From positions 122-64,121 of the forward strand of contig JACPOZ010000006.1 in NCBI GenBank assembly GCA_016191235.1: a stretch of 64,000 nt of DNA. Reading direction: 5' to 3'. Position numbers and translations under genes: made by a program. Under the pieces are notes generated by a model, which worked only from the letters and a program-made list of their open reading frames with translations, made no database searches and was not told where the DNA came from. The stretch comes from Gammaproteobacteria bacterium (GTDB lineage Bacteria; Pseudomonadota; Gammaproteobacteria; Ga0077554; Ga007554). Positions 23,453-32,459 of this stretch are shown in pieces (position 1 is the first letter of the stretch; each line of letters begins with the position of its first letter).

Positions 23453-24271
23453 TTAACGCCCATTGCGTAGCTCTTTCAGCTTCAAAAGCATGGCTAAAGT
23501 GCGTTCAAACTTGCGGTCAAGATGCGTTTCATAGCGATTGAGCTTCTCCAGCTTGTATGCCTGTAAGCCTTCGCCCAGCGTTTGTGCCTTGATCGCCTCA
23601 TGGTGGCGAGCTTCCTTTTCCATGCCCATGCACAGCGGTTCCAGATGCTCGTGTATGAAATCCACCAGACCTTCGGCTGTTGCGGTGTATTCCTCTTCCT
23701 CGACATACTGTAGCCACCAGTCGCGGGAATCCGGCAGCAGTGCGCGCAAGGCTTTGTCATAGGCATTCGCGCCGCCACGCCGCAAGATTGCCGATGCCTT
23801 CTGCGTCGCCTCCAGATCGTGCCGCGTATTCCGCTGGCGCTCGGCGATTTCTTCCGTAGTCATGTCCATCAGATCGCGCAGGTCGGTGCTCTTGCCGGAT
23901 AGCCCGAACTCGAACGGTGCCGCCGCCGGGATCACGCCCTCGGCATTCCGTGCTGAACCTTTCAACCCCTGATTGATATTCGCGCCTTCGGCCAACAGCA
24001 CCCGCCGCTTGCGCCAAATGATTGAGGCAAGCTCTTCGATCAGATGCCGTTCGGTCATGCCTGCCGGTCGGTGTTCCTCGATCAGCGCCGCCAGCAGGTC
24101 AGTAAATTCGCCATGATCTTCATGAGCCAGCACCACCAGCCGGGAAAGGATGCCGTGCTTCATGGCGTTGAAGCGCACGGCCTCATAGCTGGCCTTCGGT
24201 GCTTCGGTGTCAGTCGTCGAACAGGATGTCACGGCGGAATCGCTCAGTAGTTCAGCTTCAAGTATTTGCAT
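23453..24271 (-). CDS. Uncharacterised helical protein with NAMKHG motif
   Basis: 272-aa ORF with RBS, co-oriented with the replication genes. Confidence 0.75.
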   Translation of the reverse strand: MQILEAELLSDSAVTSCSTTDTEAPKASYEAVRFNAMKHGILSRLVVLAHEDHGEFTDLLAALIEEHRPAGMTERHLIEELASIIWRKRRVLLAEGANINQGLKGSARNAEGVIPAAAPFEFGLSGKSTDLRDLMDMTTEEIAERQRNTRHDLEATQKASAILRRGGANAYDKALRALLPDSRDWWLQYVEEEEYTATAEGLVDFIHEHLEPLCMGMEKEARHHEAIKAQTLGEGLQAYKLEKLNRYETHLDRKFERTLAMLLKLKELRNGR

Positions 24272-24286
24272 GATTTCCCCCTTCCT

Positions 24287-24652
24287 CTAGTGCGTCGCCT
24301 GCCCGTGGATTAACGCCAGCAAGCGCCACGGGTCATACTTCGCCTTGTCTATCAGCATTTCCAAGGTCGCCACATGGCGGATAGCAATCGCCAGAATGAC
24401 GTTATGCGGGTCGCTGTCCGTGTCGGCGTAGAATGCCCGTTGTATATCGGGAGTCTCTTCCAGCAGGGTAATGACTTTTTGCCGCCGGGTTTCCCGTTGT
24501 AGCTCGGCCAGTATTTCCGTCTTGCTTTGCTTGAGTTGCTGCACCATCTCGGGTGACAGGTTGTCAGCGGGTGAAATATCCAGATAGCCGCCATCCGCAA
24601 CAATCGAACATCCCTTGCGCCGTAGTTCAAGAATCAACTCAAGTGCGCCCAT
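24287..24652 (-). CDS. Hypothetical protein downstream of the primase
   Basis: 121-aa ORF 2 nt from the upstream stop; N-terminus resembles small docking-type domains seen beside element primases. Confidence 0.6.
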   Translation of the reverse strand: MGALELILELRRKGCSIVADGGYLDISPADNLSPEMVQQLKQSKTEILAELQRETRRQKVITLLEETPDIQRAFYADTDSDPHNVILAIAIRHVATLEMLIDKAKYDPWRLLALIHGQATH

Positions 24653-24654
24653 GA

Positions 24655-26816
24655 TTAAACCCTCAAGTGAGAAAGGTTAGGTACGGTGGTTGCGGTGGAA
24701 TCCTCCCGAAGGGGTTCAAATTTCCCGAAGGGGTTCACACTATTTTGTTGAACCTCTTCGGCCCCTTCGTGAACCCCTTCGTATTTTCCACCGGGCAAGC
24801 TCCAAAACCAAACGCCTTTCATGCCATCTTTTTTCGATACTACGCCCAGCCGTTTCTTTGCCCTCTTGATAGTGGAAAGCGAAAAACCTGCGCCTTTGCA
24901 TTCCTGCTCAAGTTCTTTTTGTGCCACCGCTCCATCGGCTAGCGCATCACGCAGAAATGCTTCTACACTTGCTCCATCGCTTTCATCTTCTCCGGTGTTT
25001 TCAGCCAGCAATTCAGCCGCTGTTCCGTCCACCGCTTGACCCCAAGCGCATAACTGGAGAAAACGCCCTTGTGGTCGTCAAGTTCTTTCTGGTGCAGGTC
25101 ATATTCAAAGCCGCCGCTGTCCAGGCCGATATTGCTTTTCGCCCGGCAAAATATCCGTTTAACCTTGCCGCCTTCATTGATCTTGCCTGTTGCCAATACC
25201 ACCCGCGCCAATGCAGCGAAGGCCAGGGAGCCGGTTACCCTCTCCATCGGGTCTTTGCCGCCCGTCCCTTTGGAAAAGTGAGAAATACCTAACACGGCAC
25301 AATCCAGCTTTTCACCAAAATCAACCAGGGGTTGCAATGCCCGCCGCACCTCGCCGTTTTTGTGGCTGTCACCCGCAACCGCGTTGACAACAGGATCAAC
25401 CAATAACAAAACAACATCGCCAATCCTTTCGGCAGCATCCATCATGGCCTTAATGTCCGTCGCCGGATCAAAGCTGCGTACCTCACCCCGGTGTTGAACA
25501 TCGCCGATAAAATGCACCTTTGCCATATCCGCGCCAGCGGCAAGCAATCTCGGCACCAGCGTATCTTTCGCGCTATCTTCTCCTGACCATATCAGCACGT
25601 TACCCACGGGTGCGCGCGTACCGTCTGGAAAGCGCCCGCCGATGCTTACCGTTGCGGCGAGGGCTATTGCAATTGTGGTTTTACCAGTACCAGCTTGTCC
25701 TGCGAAAATATGGAATTTTCCACGCGCTAACCACCCATCCCATAACCAGCGGATTGGTTCGGGCTTGATGTTGGCAGCACACGTTATCTGCACCTGTGGG
25801 ATGTTTGCCTTGTGCGCTCCTACAGCGTCGCCCGTTGTGTTTGTTTGTTCCGGCAGGGTCATTGCATCGCCCGAAGTTAAAGCGCCCGTTATGGCGTGCT
25901 TGACGGCTTCCAGCCCTTGAGCTTGATGCAGGTCGTTAAAGTCGGTCGCGCCATCCGGTCGGTTAGTGCCAAAGTCTGGGATAGCCAGCAGTCCGCCCAC
26001 AGATCGCGCCGCCTCAGTGGCCTTGGTCAATCCGGGGTTACCCTCGGTTTGGTAATCATCATCGGCGCACAGTATCACGGGCGGGGCGGGGAATTTCTCG
26101 CGCATGGTCTTTGCCACCGCCAGCAGGTTACCAGCATTGAAGGCCACCGCTACCGGGTAGCCCGTGGCTTCGTGGATGGTCGCGCCCGTTGCAAAGCCTT
26201 CGGCAATACACAGCGCCGCCGCACCTTTCGTGGTGCCGATACTGAAATAACAGCCCGCCACGCGCCCGCCGGTTAAAAACTTCTTGTCGCCATTGGCTTC
26301 GATGAATTGCAGGGAATACAGATCACCATCGGCACGTAGGGGGATCACCAGCGCCCCGTTGTACAGGCGTGCCCCGTTGGCCTTGATACGCTTGCGCACA
26401 AGGTAGGGATGATCGTCTGGGGCGGGTCGTGCAGCTCTCCATGTGGTAGCCGCTCTTGTCGCCGCCCCAGCGCGTGCTTGTTCGCGTTCGGCCTCGGCTT
26501 CCAGTGCCTTGCGTTCCCGCTCGGCGACTTCCTCCGGTGTCTGCTTCTGGTGCGTTCCATCATCGCGCCAGCCGTTCGCCTTGGCTTCATGGAACAGCGT
26601 CCCGATCGTCACCCTGCCATCGGCCCGGATGCCCTTCCACACGGCGCGGGCGTCTTGGTCGTTGTAGCTTTCGTCTTGCTGGCTCCATTCGCTCCACAGG
26701 TCAAAGCCGGTATCGCCAAGATCGGACTTGATCGCCATGCCCATCTTCACCCAGGTATCGCGGTCACTGGTTGGAATGAAATGCAGGGCTTCCCTGGTGC
26801 GGTTAAGGCCATTCAT
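24655..26816 (-). pseudogene. Primase-helicase (PriCT-2 + TOPRIM + RepA-like AAA) with a frameshift near 25045
   Basis: RDTWVKMGMA...WSEWS, AEGFATG/CADDD/DFNDL, Walker A GQAGTGKT, LVDP and HFSK; C-terminus continues in ORF 24655-25032. Confidence 0.82.
24705..24781. repeat. Iteron-like array, candidate element origin
   Basis: CCCGAAGGGGTTCA twice (24705, 24724), short AT-rich spacer, then inverted copies TGAACCTCTTCG, GCCCCTTCG and TGAACCCCTTCG. Confidence 0.7.
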
Positions 26817-27224
26817 GCCGCACCCACTTTGCCAGTCATCAAAACATACAGCCCTGGCGCCAGCCATGGAAGCGACGCGTAAGCGAGCGATGGCTGGCAA
26901 CCCCCGGATAGCCTAGGGCGTCCTGTTTTGTCGGAGTCTGCGCGAGAGCGCAGGCGTAGACAAAATGGGATGCCAACGAAAGGCGTAGAGTCATTGTGGT
27001 AGCTGTGGTGCGCTGCGTAGTCGCGCGCCGCTGCGGACGCAGGACGGTCCGGGCTGCCGAAGGCATGGTTGCCGCCGAGCGCAGGCGTTTTGGGACAGGG
27101 TTGTCCCAAAATGTATACCGAGCACGGCGGCAACGGGATTGTTTGCGGTAGAATTGTGCGTGTCAGCTACACAACTTCCGCGCCCCTTCATTGGGGCGTT
27201 TTCTTTTCTGGTCATGGCGCCCCC

Positions 27225-27416
27225 TTAAACTTGCGGGTTACGAACGCGCGAATCTACCCAGCCAGCAACATCAGCAGCGCGCCAAGCAACAGCTCGCACG
27301 CCTAGATTTATCGGGGCAGGGAATTCACCAGCTTTAATTTTTGCGTAGATGGTAGAGCGCCCAAGGCCAGTTATTTCACGGACTTGAGGCAGGCGGAACA
27401 GCTTGTTATCTGACAT
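27225..27416 (-). CDS. alpA: AlpA-family regulator/excisionase
   Basis: RLPQVREITGLGRSTIY...FPAPINLGVRAVAW. Confidence 0.93.
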   Translation of the reverse strand: MSDNKLFRLPQVREITGLGRSTIYAKIKAGEFPAPINLGVRAVAWRAADVAGWVDSRVRNPQV

Positions 27417-27484
27417 TTTGTTATCCTAAATTAATAGTTTTCAAAATGCCGAAGGCTGGGGTGTATTGGGGGCATGAAAATGTA

Positions 27485-27513
27485 TTGACATTTTACCAAT
27501 ATCAAGCTATATT
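27485..27513 (+). promoter_or_regulatory. Near-consensus sigma70 promoter divergent from alpA
   Basis: TTGACA-N17-TATATT. Confidence 0.7.
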
Positions 27514-27519
27514 GTACAC

Positions 27520-27648
27520 ACAGTGTTCGTTAAATGAATTTAACCTCACTGTTTGGGAATCCGTCATAAGAAACCCCCCTGTCCTTCGGCTGCTTAGCTA
27601 AGGTCAACAAAACCCCGCGCCCTAGTGAAGCACGGGGTTTTGTCTTTC
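27520..27648 (+). ncRNA. Candidate small RNA (~125 nt)
   Basis: Lies between the promoter and a terminator; 5' stem ACAGTG..GTTAAA/TTTAAC..CACTGT; only an 11-codon ORF without RBS. Confidence 0.45.
27607..27648 (+). terminator. Intrinsic terminator, possibly bidirectional
   Basis: ACAAAACCCCG...CGGGGTTTTGT followed by CTTTC. Confidence 0.7.
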
Positions 27649-27865
27649 TGTCCTCAGCGTCTCGTATCAAATGGCTGTGACCACAGTCTTGTGGTTTCCC
27701 AGCGCATCCAATAGAACATAGTGTACCATACTTGCGTCCTATATGGATTGGTTTCAGCGCGCCATCATAAATCTGATTATTATTAGATAGTTAATGCGGT
27801 CTTGCGAGTTTTTTGCGGATCATATTTCCCGGTGTTCGCCCCGTCGGGCTAGGCGCGGCAAACCA

Positions 27866-28192
27866 TCAAGCCGCGTTCCGCTCCGTGCTCACCCCAATCG
27901 AAATGCCTTCCGATGCTTGCAACACCTTTAACACCTCAACGAAATGGCCGATGCTGGGATTGCCGCGTTGACCCAGCATGCGGTGTAGACTCTTTGCGGG
28001 TATGCCGGTGCGTTCTGCCAGCGCTTCAAAGCCGACGGTGGCGTTGATGTAATCACGCAACATGGCCTTGCCTGCATCCAGGTCACCCTCTAAGAAATGA
28101 GTGATGGCCTCGGAGAGCATGGCTTCCCGAAAGGTGCGGTCGCGTTGTGCGCGGGCCATTACGGTGTCTCGAAATGCTTTGGTCAGTGCCAT
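27866..28192 (-). CDS. HTH antitoxin (addiction module antidote type)
   Basis: LRDYINATVGF..LAERTGIPAKSLHRML...GNPS; directly downstream of the toxin. Confidence 0.85.
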   Translation of the reverse strand: MALTKAFRDTVMARAQRDRTFREAMLSEAITHFLEGDLDAGKAMLRDYINATVGFEALAERTGIPAKSLHRMLGQRGNPSIGHFVEVLKVLQASEGISIGVSTERNAA

Positions 28193-28194
28193 GG

Positions 28195-28524
28195 TTACCT
28201 CGTTTCGCGTTTGCGGTGCTTGTAGTCTTGCCAGCGGGCTTGCGCCTCGGCAATGTCTTTGTCTTGGCGCTGCTTGGTTCCGCCAGCCAGGAGCAGGATG
28301 AACCGGTCGGCCTCGCGCCCGAAATAGAGGCGATACCCTGGCCCAAAGTGAATGCGGCGCTCGAACACGCCGCCGCCCACGCCTTTCACCTCGGACTGGT
28401 TTCCCTGTTCCAGTTGATAAAGGGCGGAGACCACTTTGGCGGCCGCGCGGGCATCCAGGTCATCAAACCAGCGGCCAAAGGGAGAGCAGCCGTGTTTGTC
28501 CAGGTATTCTTGAACTATGGTCAT
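28195..28524 (-). CDS. RelE/HigB-like toxin (addiction module killer type)
   Basis: SPFGRWFDDL, RIHFGPGYRLY and LLAGGTKQRQDKDI. Confidence 0.9.
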   Translation of the reverse strand: MTIVQEYLDKHGCSPFGRWFDDLDARAAAKVVSALYQLEQGNQSEVKGVGGGVFERRIHFGPGYRLYFGREADRFILLLAGGTKQRQDKDIAEAQARWQDYKHRKRETR

Positions 28525-28673
28525 CTTATGGTAACTTATCGGTTACTAAGTAACAAGCTGAAGGGTGGGCGTGTTTTCTTCGGCGCGTCCTTTGTCTTGG
28601 GCGGCGCCATCATGCAGCCGTATAACCTCCGCACCAGCTTTCAGCTTGTCCAGATAGTCCGCCCATTGCTGCA

Positions 28674-29939
28674 TCATCGTATCGCTTGCACTTTACTTGC
28701 TGATTTGTGTCCAAAACTCGGCAAGAGTGTCTGGACGGCATTCTTCAAGGTCTGGTCGCACAAGTGGGCGTAATGCCTTGACGTAATGCGAGTGTCAGAG
28801 TGTCCCAGCAGTTTTGAGATAGTCAGCAAGTCAGCTCCCGCCTGGGCAAGCAATGAAGCATAAGTATGGCGCAGTTCGTGAAACCCTATCTCAGGTTCGA
28901 TCTTCGCAATGGCGCAAGACTGTTTCAGCAAGCGTGAGTAGTGATTCTTTCCCCAGGGTGTACCGTCTTCGCGGGTGAAGACCGGCTCCTTGCCCGATCT
29001 GCCAGCGATTTGAGACTTGAAGAAGTCCAGCCCTTCGGCAGACAGCGGGACATGACGACCCCGGCCTGATTTGGCCTCTGGTGAAACATAGATCATGCCG
29101 GTATCTGTGTTTACGTCAGCAACACACAAGCGGGCAAGTTCGCTGTAACGTGCGCCGGTGAACAGCGCTGATTTCACCAGTTGGCGAAAATCGGGACGGC
29201 AGGTATTTATCAGGCGTGTGCATTCTGCTTCTGTGAGAAAGCGGGTAATGGGTTCGTCGGCATTGGCAAACGGTTTTACGCGCCGCCACGCGGCATTGTC
29301 GGGAATAAGTTCGTCTTGAAAGGCTTTGTTAAGAATCGCCTTGAGAACGGTCAATATGCGGTTGGCTGTCGATTTGCGTGAGCGCTTTTGTCCCTCGGTA
29401 ACCGGCTTGTCTTTGTAGGCGGGTTTTGCGCCGGTACGGACGCGAACGCGGGCGGGTTGAGCCGCCAGGGTGTTGTGCCAGTGTCGTATCTCGTGGGTGC
29501 TGATCTCGGTGATTAGCCGGTTGTTGAAGTGGGGGAGAATATGGGCCTTGATGGTGGTTTCAGTTTCTTTATAGGCTCGGCGGTGTTCCCGATACCATTT
29601 CAAATAACGCTCGACGGCCTCGGCTACGGTGACAGGCCTTAGGGTGACCTTGGGGTTTGTGATTTCTTCAATAAACGCCCTTGCCAAGTCTTGGGCTTGA
29701 ATGAAGCTCAATACGTCCACGCCGTTGGTGTCACGGTGGTCGTCAGCCACCCCCAGCTTCCGGTAGTGGTATTGGGTGCCGTCCCAGATGCGGGCCTGCC
29801 ATGTACCGAAGCCCTCCCCGGTTCGCCGGTAGCCAAGCGCCACCCCTTCGCAAATGGTCACAAAATTGCGGCTACCGATGGGGAGCTTGAGCCGCGCCGT
29901 CCGGGTTTCCAGCTTTACTGATCGCTGTGATCTTGCCAT
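28674..29939 (-). CDS. int: Tyrosine integrase
   Basis: TGARYSEL, HELRHTYAS and LLGHS...HY catalytic motifs; next to the att repeat. Confidence 0.95.
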   Translation of the reverse strand: MARSQRSVKLETRTARLKLPIGSRNFVTICEGVALGYRRTGEGFGTWQARIWDGTQYHYRKLGVADDHRDTNGVDVLSFIQAQDLARAFIEEITNPKVTLRPVTVAEAVERYLKWYREHRRAYKETETTIKAHILPHFNNRLITEISTHEIRHWHNTLAAQPARVRVRTGAKPAYKDKPVTEGQKRSRKSTANRILTVLKAILNKAFQDELIPDNAAWRRVKPFANADEPITRFLTEAECTRLINTCRPDFRQLVKSALFTGARYSELARLCVADVNTDTGMIYVSPEAKSGRGRHVPLSAEGLDFFKSQIAGRSGKEPVFTREDGTPWGKNHYSRLLKQSCAIAKIEPEIGFHELRHTYASLLAQAGADLLTISKLLGHSDTRITSRHYAHLCDQTLKNAVQTLLPSFGHKSASKVQAIR

Positions 29940-30400
29940 GGTGGGTCTCCGTGCCAAACTGGTGCCAAACTGATGGCGCTGGATTAGCTTAGACCTTGTT
30001 GGACGACAAATCAAGCAACTATTTGATAAATAAATGATTGGTGTTGTCCGGCGAAGTCCAGGATAGTCCATGAGGCGGCTCTTTCACAGCGGTAACAGGG
30101 GTTCGAATCCCCTTGGGGACGCCATATTAAATCAAAGGGTTAGGCGAGCCTAACCCTTTTTCTTTTGCCAGTGTCAAACGGTGCCAAACAAGCGTTGTCG
30201 GCATATGTGTCAGGCGTCGCTATCTGCCTCGCCTGTCACATCGGTCACGCCAACATCATCAGGCTCATCGTAAGCGTAGCCTGTCGCGTCCCAGACAGCG
30301 AGGCGCACCAGGAACGCATCAAAGCTCTTTACTGGCACCTCCGCCATATGATCCCACCAGCTCGCGTGATATGCGAGCCGGTTCGTTGCCGTCACTTTCG

Positions 30401-31852
30401 TTACTTTGACTCCTGTTTGCGGCGGACCACGAAGCTCACCACGCCAAGGCCCGCCAGCATCATCGCGTAGGTGTTCGCCTCCGGAACGGCCGCGATATTT
30501 TGAGCCGTATAGATAGTGGCAGCGCCCGTACCCAGGGCGGAGGTACCCATATCCGCATTGCTTACGGCGAAGACATAGAAGTTGTTCGGACCGGAGGTGG
30601 CGGGGTCAAAGTCATTGTCGTTGGTCATGTACAGCGTATGCCTGCCGTCTGCCAAATCCTGGCCGAATGCGAAACCCTCGATCTTGGATGGAATTTGCGT
30701 GTCGGCGATGCCTTTAGCATTGAGCGCGGCTCTCACGTCCAAAAACAAGGTCTTGCTCACTGCGGGGGTTGACGTGGTGAGACTGGCCACGCCGCTCACA
30801 TCCGTAGCACCGGCAATGTCGATCTTGAACAGTTGTTTGACGGAGGCGGCAGAGCCGTCGCCCAGGCCCTTGCCGTCACGTTCGTCGACCAGGAACTCAT
30901 GATCGTTGATGGCAACGATTTCGCTCACGCCTGTACCGTTCGTCAATCTATAGCCGTATTCTTTCGTGGCCCCTGTCGCGATATCAATCGTGACGAGCCG
31001 GAGTTGTTTGCCGGCATCCTGAAGCAAGGGCGCCTGCATGACACCCACCAAGGTCTTTCCGTCCGGCGTGATCGCCAGACCTTCCATGCCCTTGTTGGCT
31101 ACCCGGCCTGACGTGTTAGTGGGAGAAACCTCTGAAGCGGTCGTGGGTCCCTGGATTGCCACGGCGAGATTGCCAGGGAGCGCAAAAGACTTGATGCGCT
31201 GGCCGGTGGCACGATCAAACTGATAAACGTAAGGGCCATATTCGTCGGAAACAAAAATGCTCTTGCCGTCGTTGGAGACGCGCACGCCCTCGGGATCAAG
31301 CCGGGCATTGTTGGGATTGCTTGAAGGTAGGGTGGGGTTGAAGCCATCCGAGCGGCCGGTGAAGTAATTGGTGCCGTTGATGGCGTTCAAAGCCGGCACG
31401 CCGCTGCCCAGCGTATGAGTAGCATCGGTCCCTAAGGCGCCTGTACCGTAGGTAAGCGGGGTCGCGCTCGACAGCAAGGTGGTCTTGGTCAGCGTCGGCG
31501 TGAGGTTATACGCTAGGCCAGGGCCTGCATTCACCGTCAGGTTCATGCTGATCGTTTGGAAGCGGTCGATGTAGGAGGTGGTATCACCCACCAGTGGATT
31601 ATATGCAAGGGCATTGGGACCACGGTCTGGCAGGGCTAGGAAAGTGTTGCCCCCTGCCCATGCAAAGCCGGAACCCAAGCCGCCGAGCAGATTGCCGGCG
31701 ACACCGTTCTCAAGCAAGCCGGCCGTCTCCGTTGACATGTCCTGAACGCTGCCGCTCAGGCTGCCAATTGCGATCAGATCGATACTTGCATGGGCCGCAG
31801 TCGTGGAACAAATCGAGGCTATGAGAACAGGTAGTAGCGATTTTCTTTTCAT
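30401..31852 (-). CDS. Phytase-like esterase family protein with PEP-CTERM sorting tail
   Basis: Signal peptide; DRGP, DPEG, SDEYGP, NKGMEG, KIEG and NDNDF motifs; tail VPEANTYAMMLAGLG...RRK. Confidence 0.88.
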   Translation of the reverse strand: MKRKSLLPVLIASICSTTAAHASIDLIAIGSLSGSVQDMSTETAGLLENGVAGNLLGGLGSGFAWAGGNTFLALPDRGPNALAYNPLVGDTTSYIDRFQTISMNLTVNAGPGLAYNLTPTLTKTTLLSSATPLTYGTGALGTDATHTLGSGVPALNAINGTNYFTGRSDGFNPTLPSSNPNNARLDPEGVRVSNDGKSIFVSDEYGPYVYQFDRATGQRIKSFALPGNLAVAIQGPTTASEVSPTNTSGRVANKGMEGLAITPDGKTLVGVMQAPLLQDAGKQLRLVTIDIATGATKEYGYRLTNGTGVSEIVAINDHEFLVDERDGKGLGDGSAASVKQLFKIDIAGATDVSGVASLTTSTPAVSKTLFLDVRAALNAKGIADTQIPSKIEGFAFGQDLADGRHTLYMTNDNDFDPATSGPNNFYVFAVSNADMGTSALGTGAATIYTAQNIAAVPEANTYAMMLAGLGVVSFVVRRKQESK

Positions 31853-32162
31853 TAGGTAGCTCCTTTTATATATTTAGTTTATTTGTCTGATGAGTTTTTG
31901 TGCGTTGTTAGCGAATAGTTAACACCTACTCCCCCAATTCTCGTGGGAGATTATTGCTGGCATGTGACACCGGCATGGTTCTTTTGGACTATGGACGGAA
32001 GATTTCTGGATCAGAGTTGCACCACATCCAAAAAAACCGGGTGGGGTAACCTGAGAGCAACGGACACTCATGATCCTAGAAACGGCAGTTGACCGCTTCC
32101 TTTGGCAGTGGGCAATATGTTTTAAGTGGACTTTTTCACGTCCTGCGGGTTCACCTGCTTGG

Positions 32163-32240
32163 TGAGTCCGCTACGGGATGGATTGCACAGAAAGGAGGAG
32201 AACATGAAAGAGAAGCAGCGCTACTCGCCGGAGTTCCGGG
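32163..32240 (+). pseudogene. IS3-family left-end/OrfA remnant
   Basis: TG start, AGGAG RBS, then MKEKQRYSPEFR, truncated. Confidence 0.5.
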
Positions 32241-32295
32241 CAGAAGGGTGCCGCCAACATGCGGTTCGGTTATGAAGACGGTAGGGGCTACGGCC

Positions 32296-32447
32296 ATGAG
32301 CAAACCGGCGCATCCCTATTTTGGCCATTGCTGCCCGGCGGAGATCATCGGTCACACTGCGTGGCTATAATTACCGTTTCACCCTGAGCTTTCGTGACGT
32401 GGATGAATTACTCGCCGCCCGGGGCATATTAGTGACCTGCGAGGCGA
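32296..32447 (+). pseudogene. IS6-family transposase N-terminal remnant
   Basis: PAEIIGHTAWL / YRFTLSFRDVDELLAARGILVT across a frameshift. Confidence 0.75.
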
Positions 32448-32459
32448 GGCCTACAGACA

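Larger units (their letters stand above)
22268..30124. mobile_element. tRNA-Glu-integrated phage-satellite-like element (~7.8 kb)
   Basis: The 3' 44 nt of tRNA-Glu (22268-22311) recur at 30081-30124 with one mismatch; encloses integrase, AlpA, primase-helicase and a TA pair; no structural genes. Confidence 0.88.

Noticed and set aside
26813-27215. Ash/immunity-type gene between alpA and primase
   Set aside because: Three overlapping short ORFs, none with a motif I can recognise; left uncalled
29940-30071. 44-aa N-terminal extension of the integrase
   Set aside because: Runs through arm sites and att DNA; ATG 29939 has a GGAG RBS
30081-30124. Second tRNA-Glu gene
   Set aside because: Only the 3' half is present; it is the att duplication
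30210-30395. 61-aa ORF downstream of the PEP-CTERM gene
   Set aside because: Short with no recognisable motif; cannot be supported without homology data
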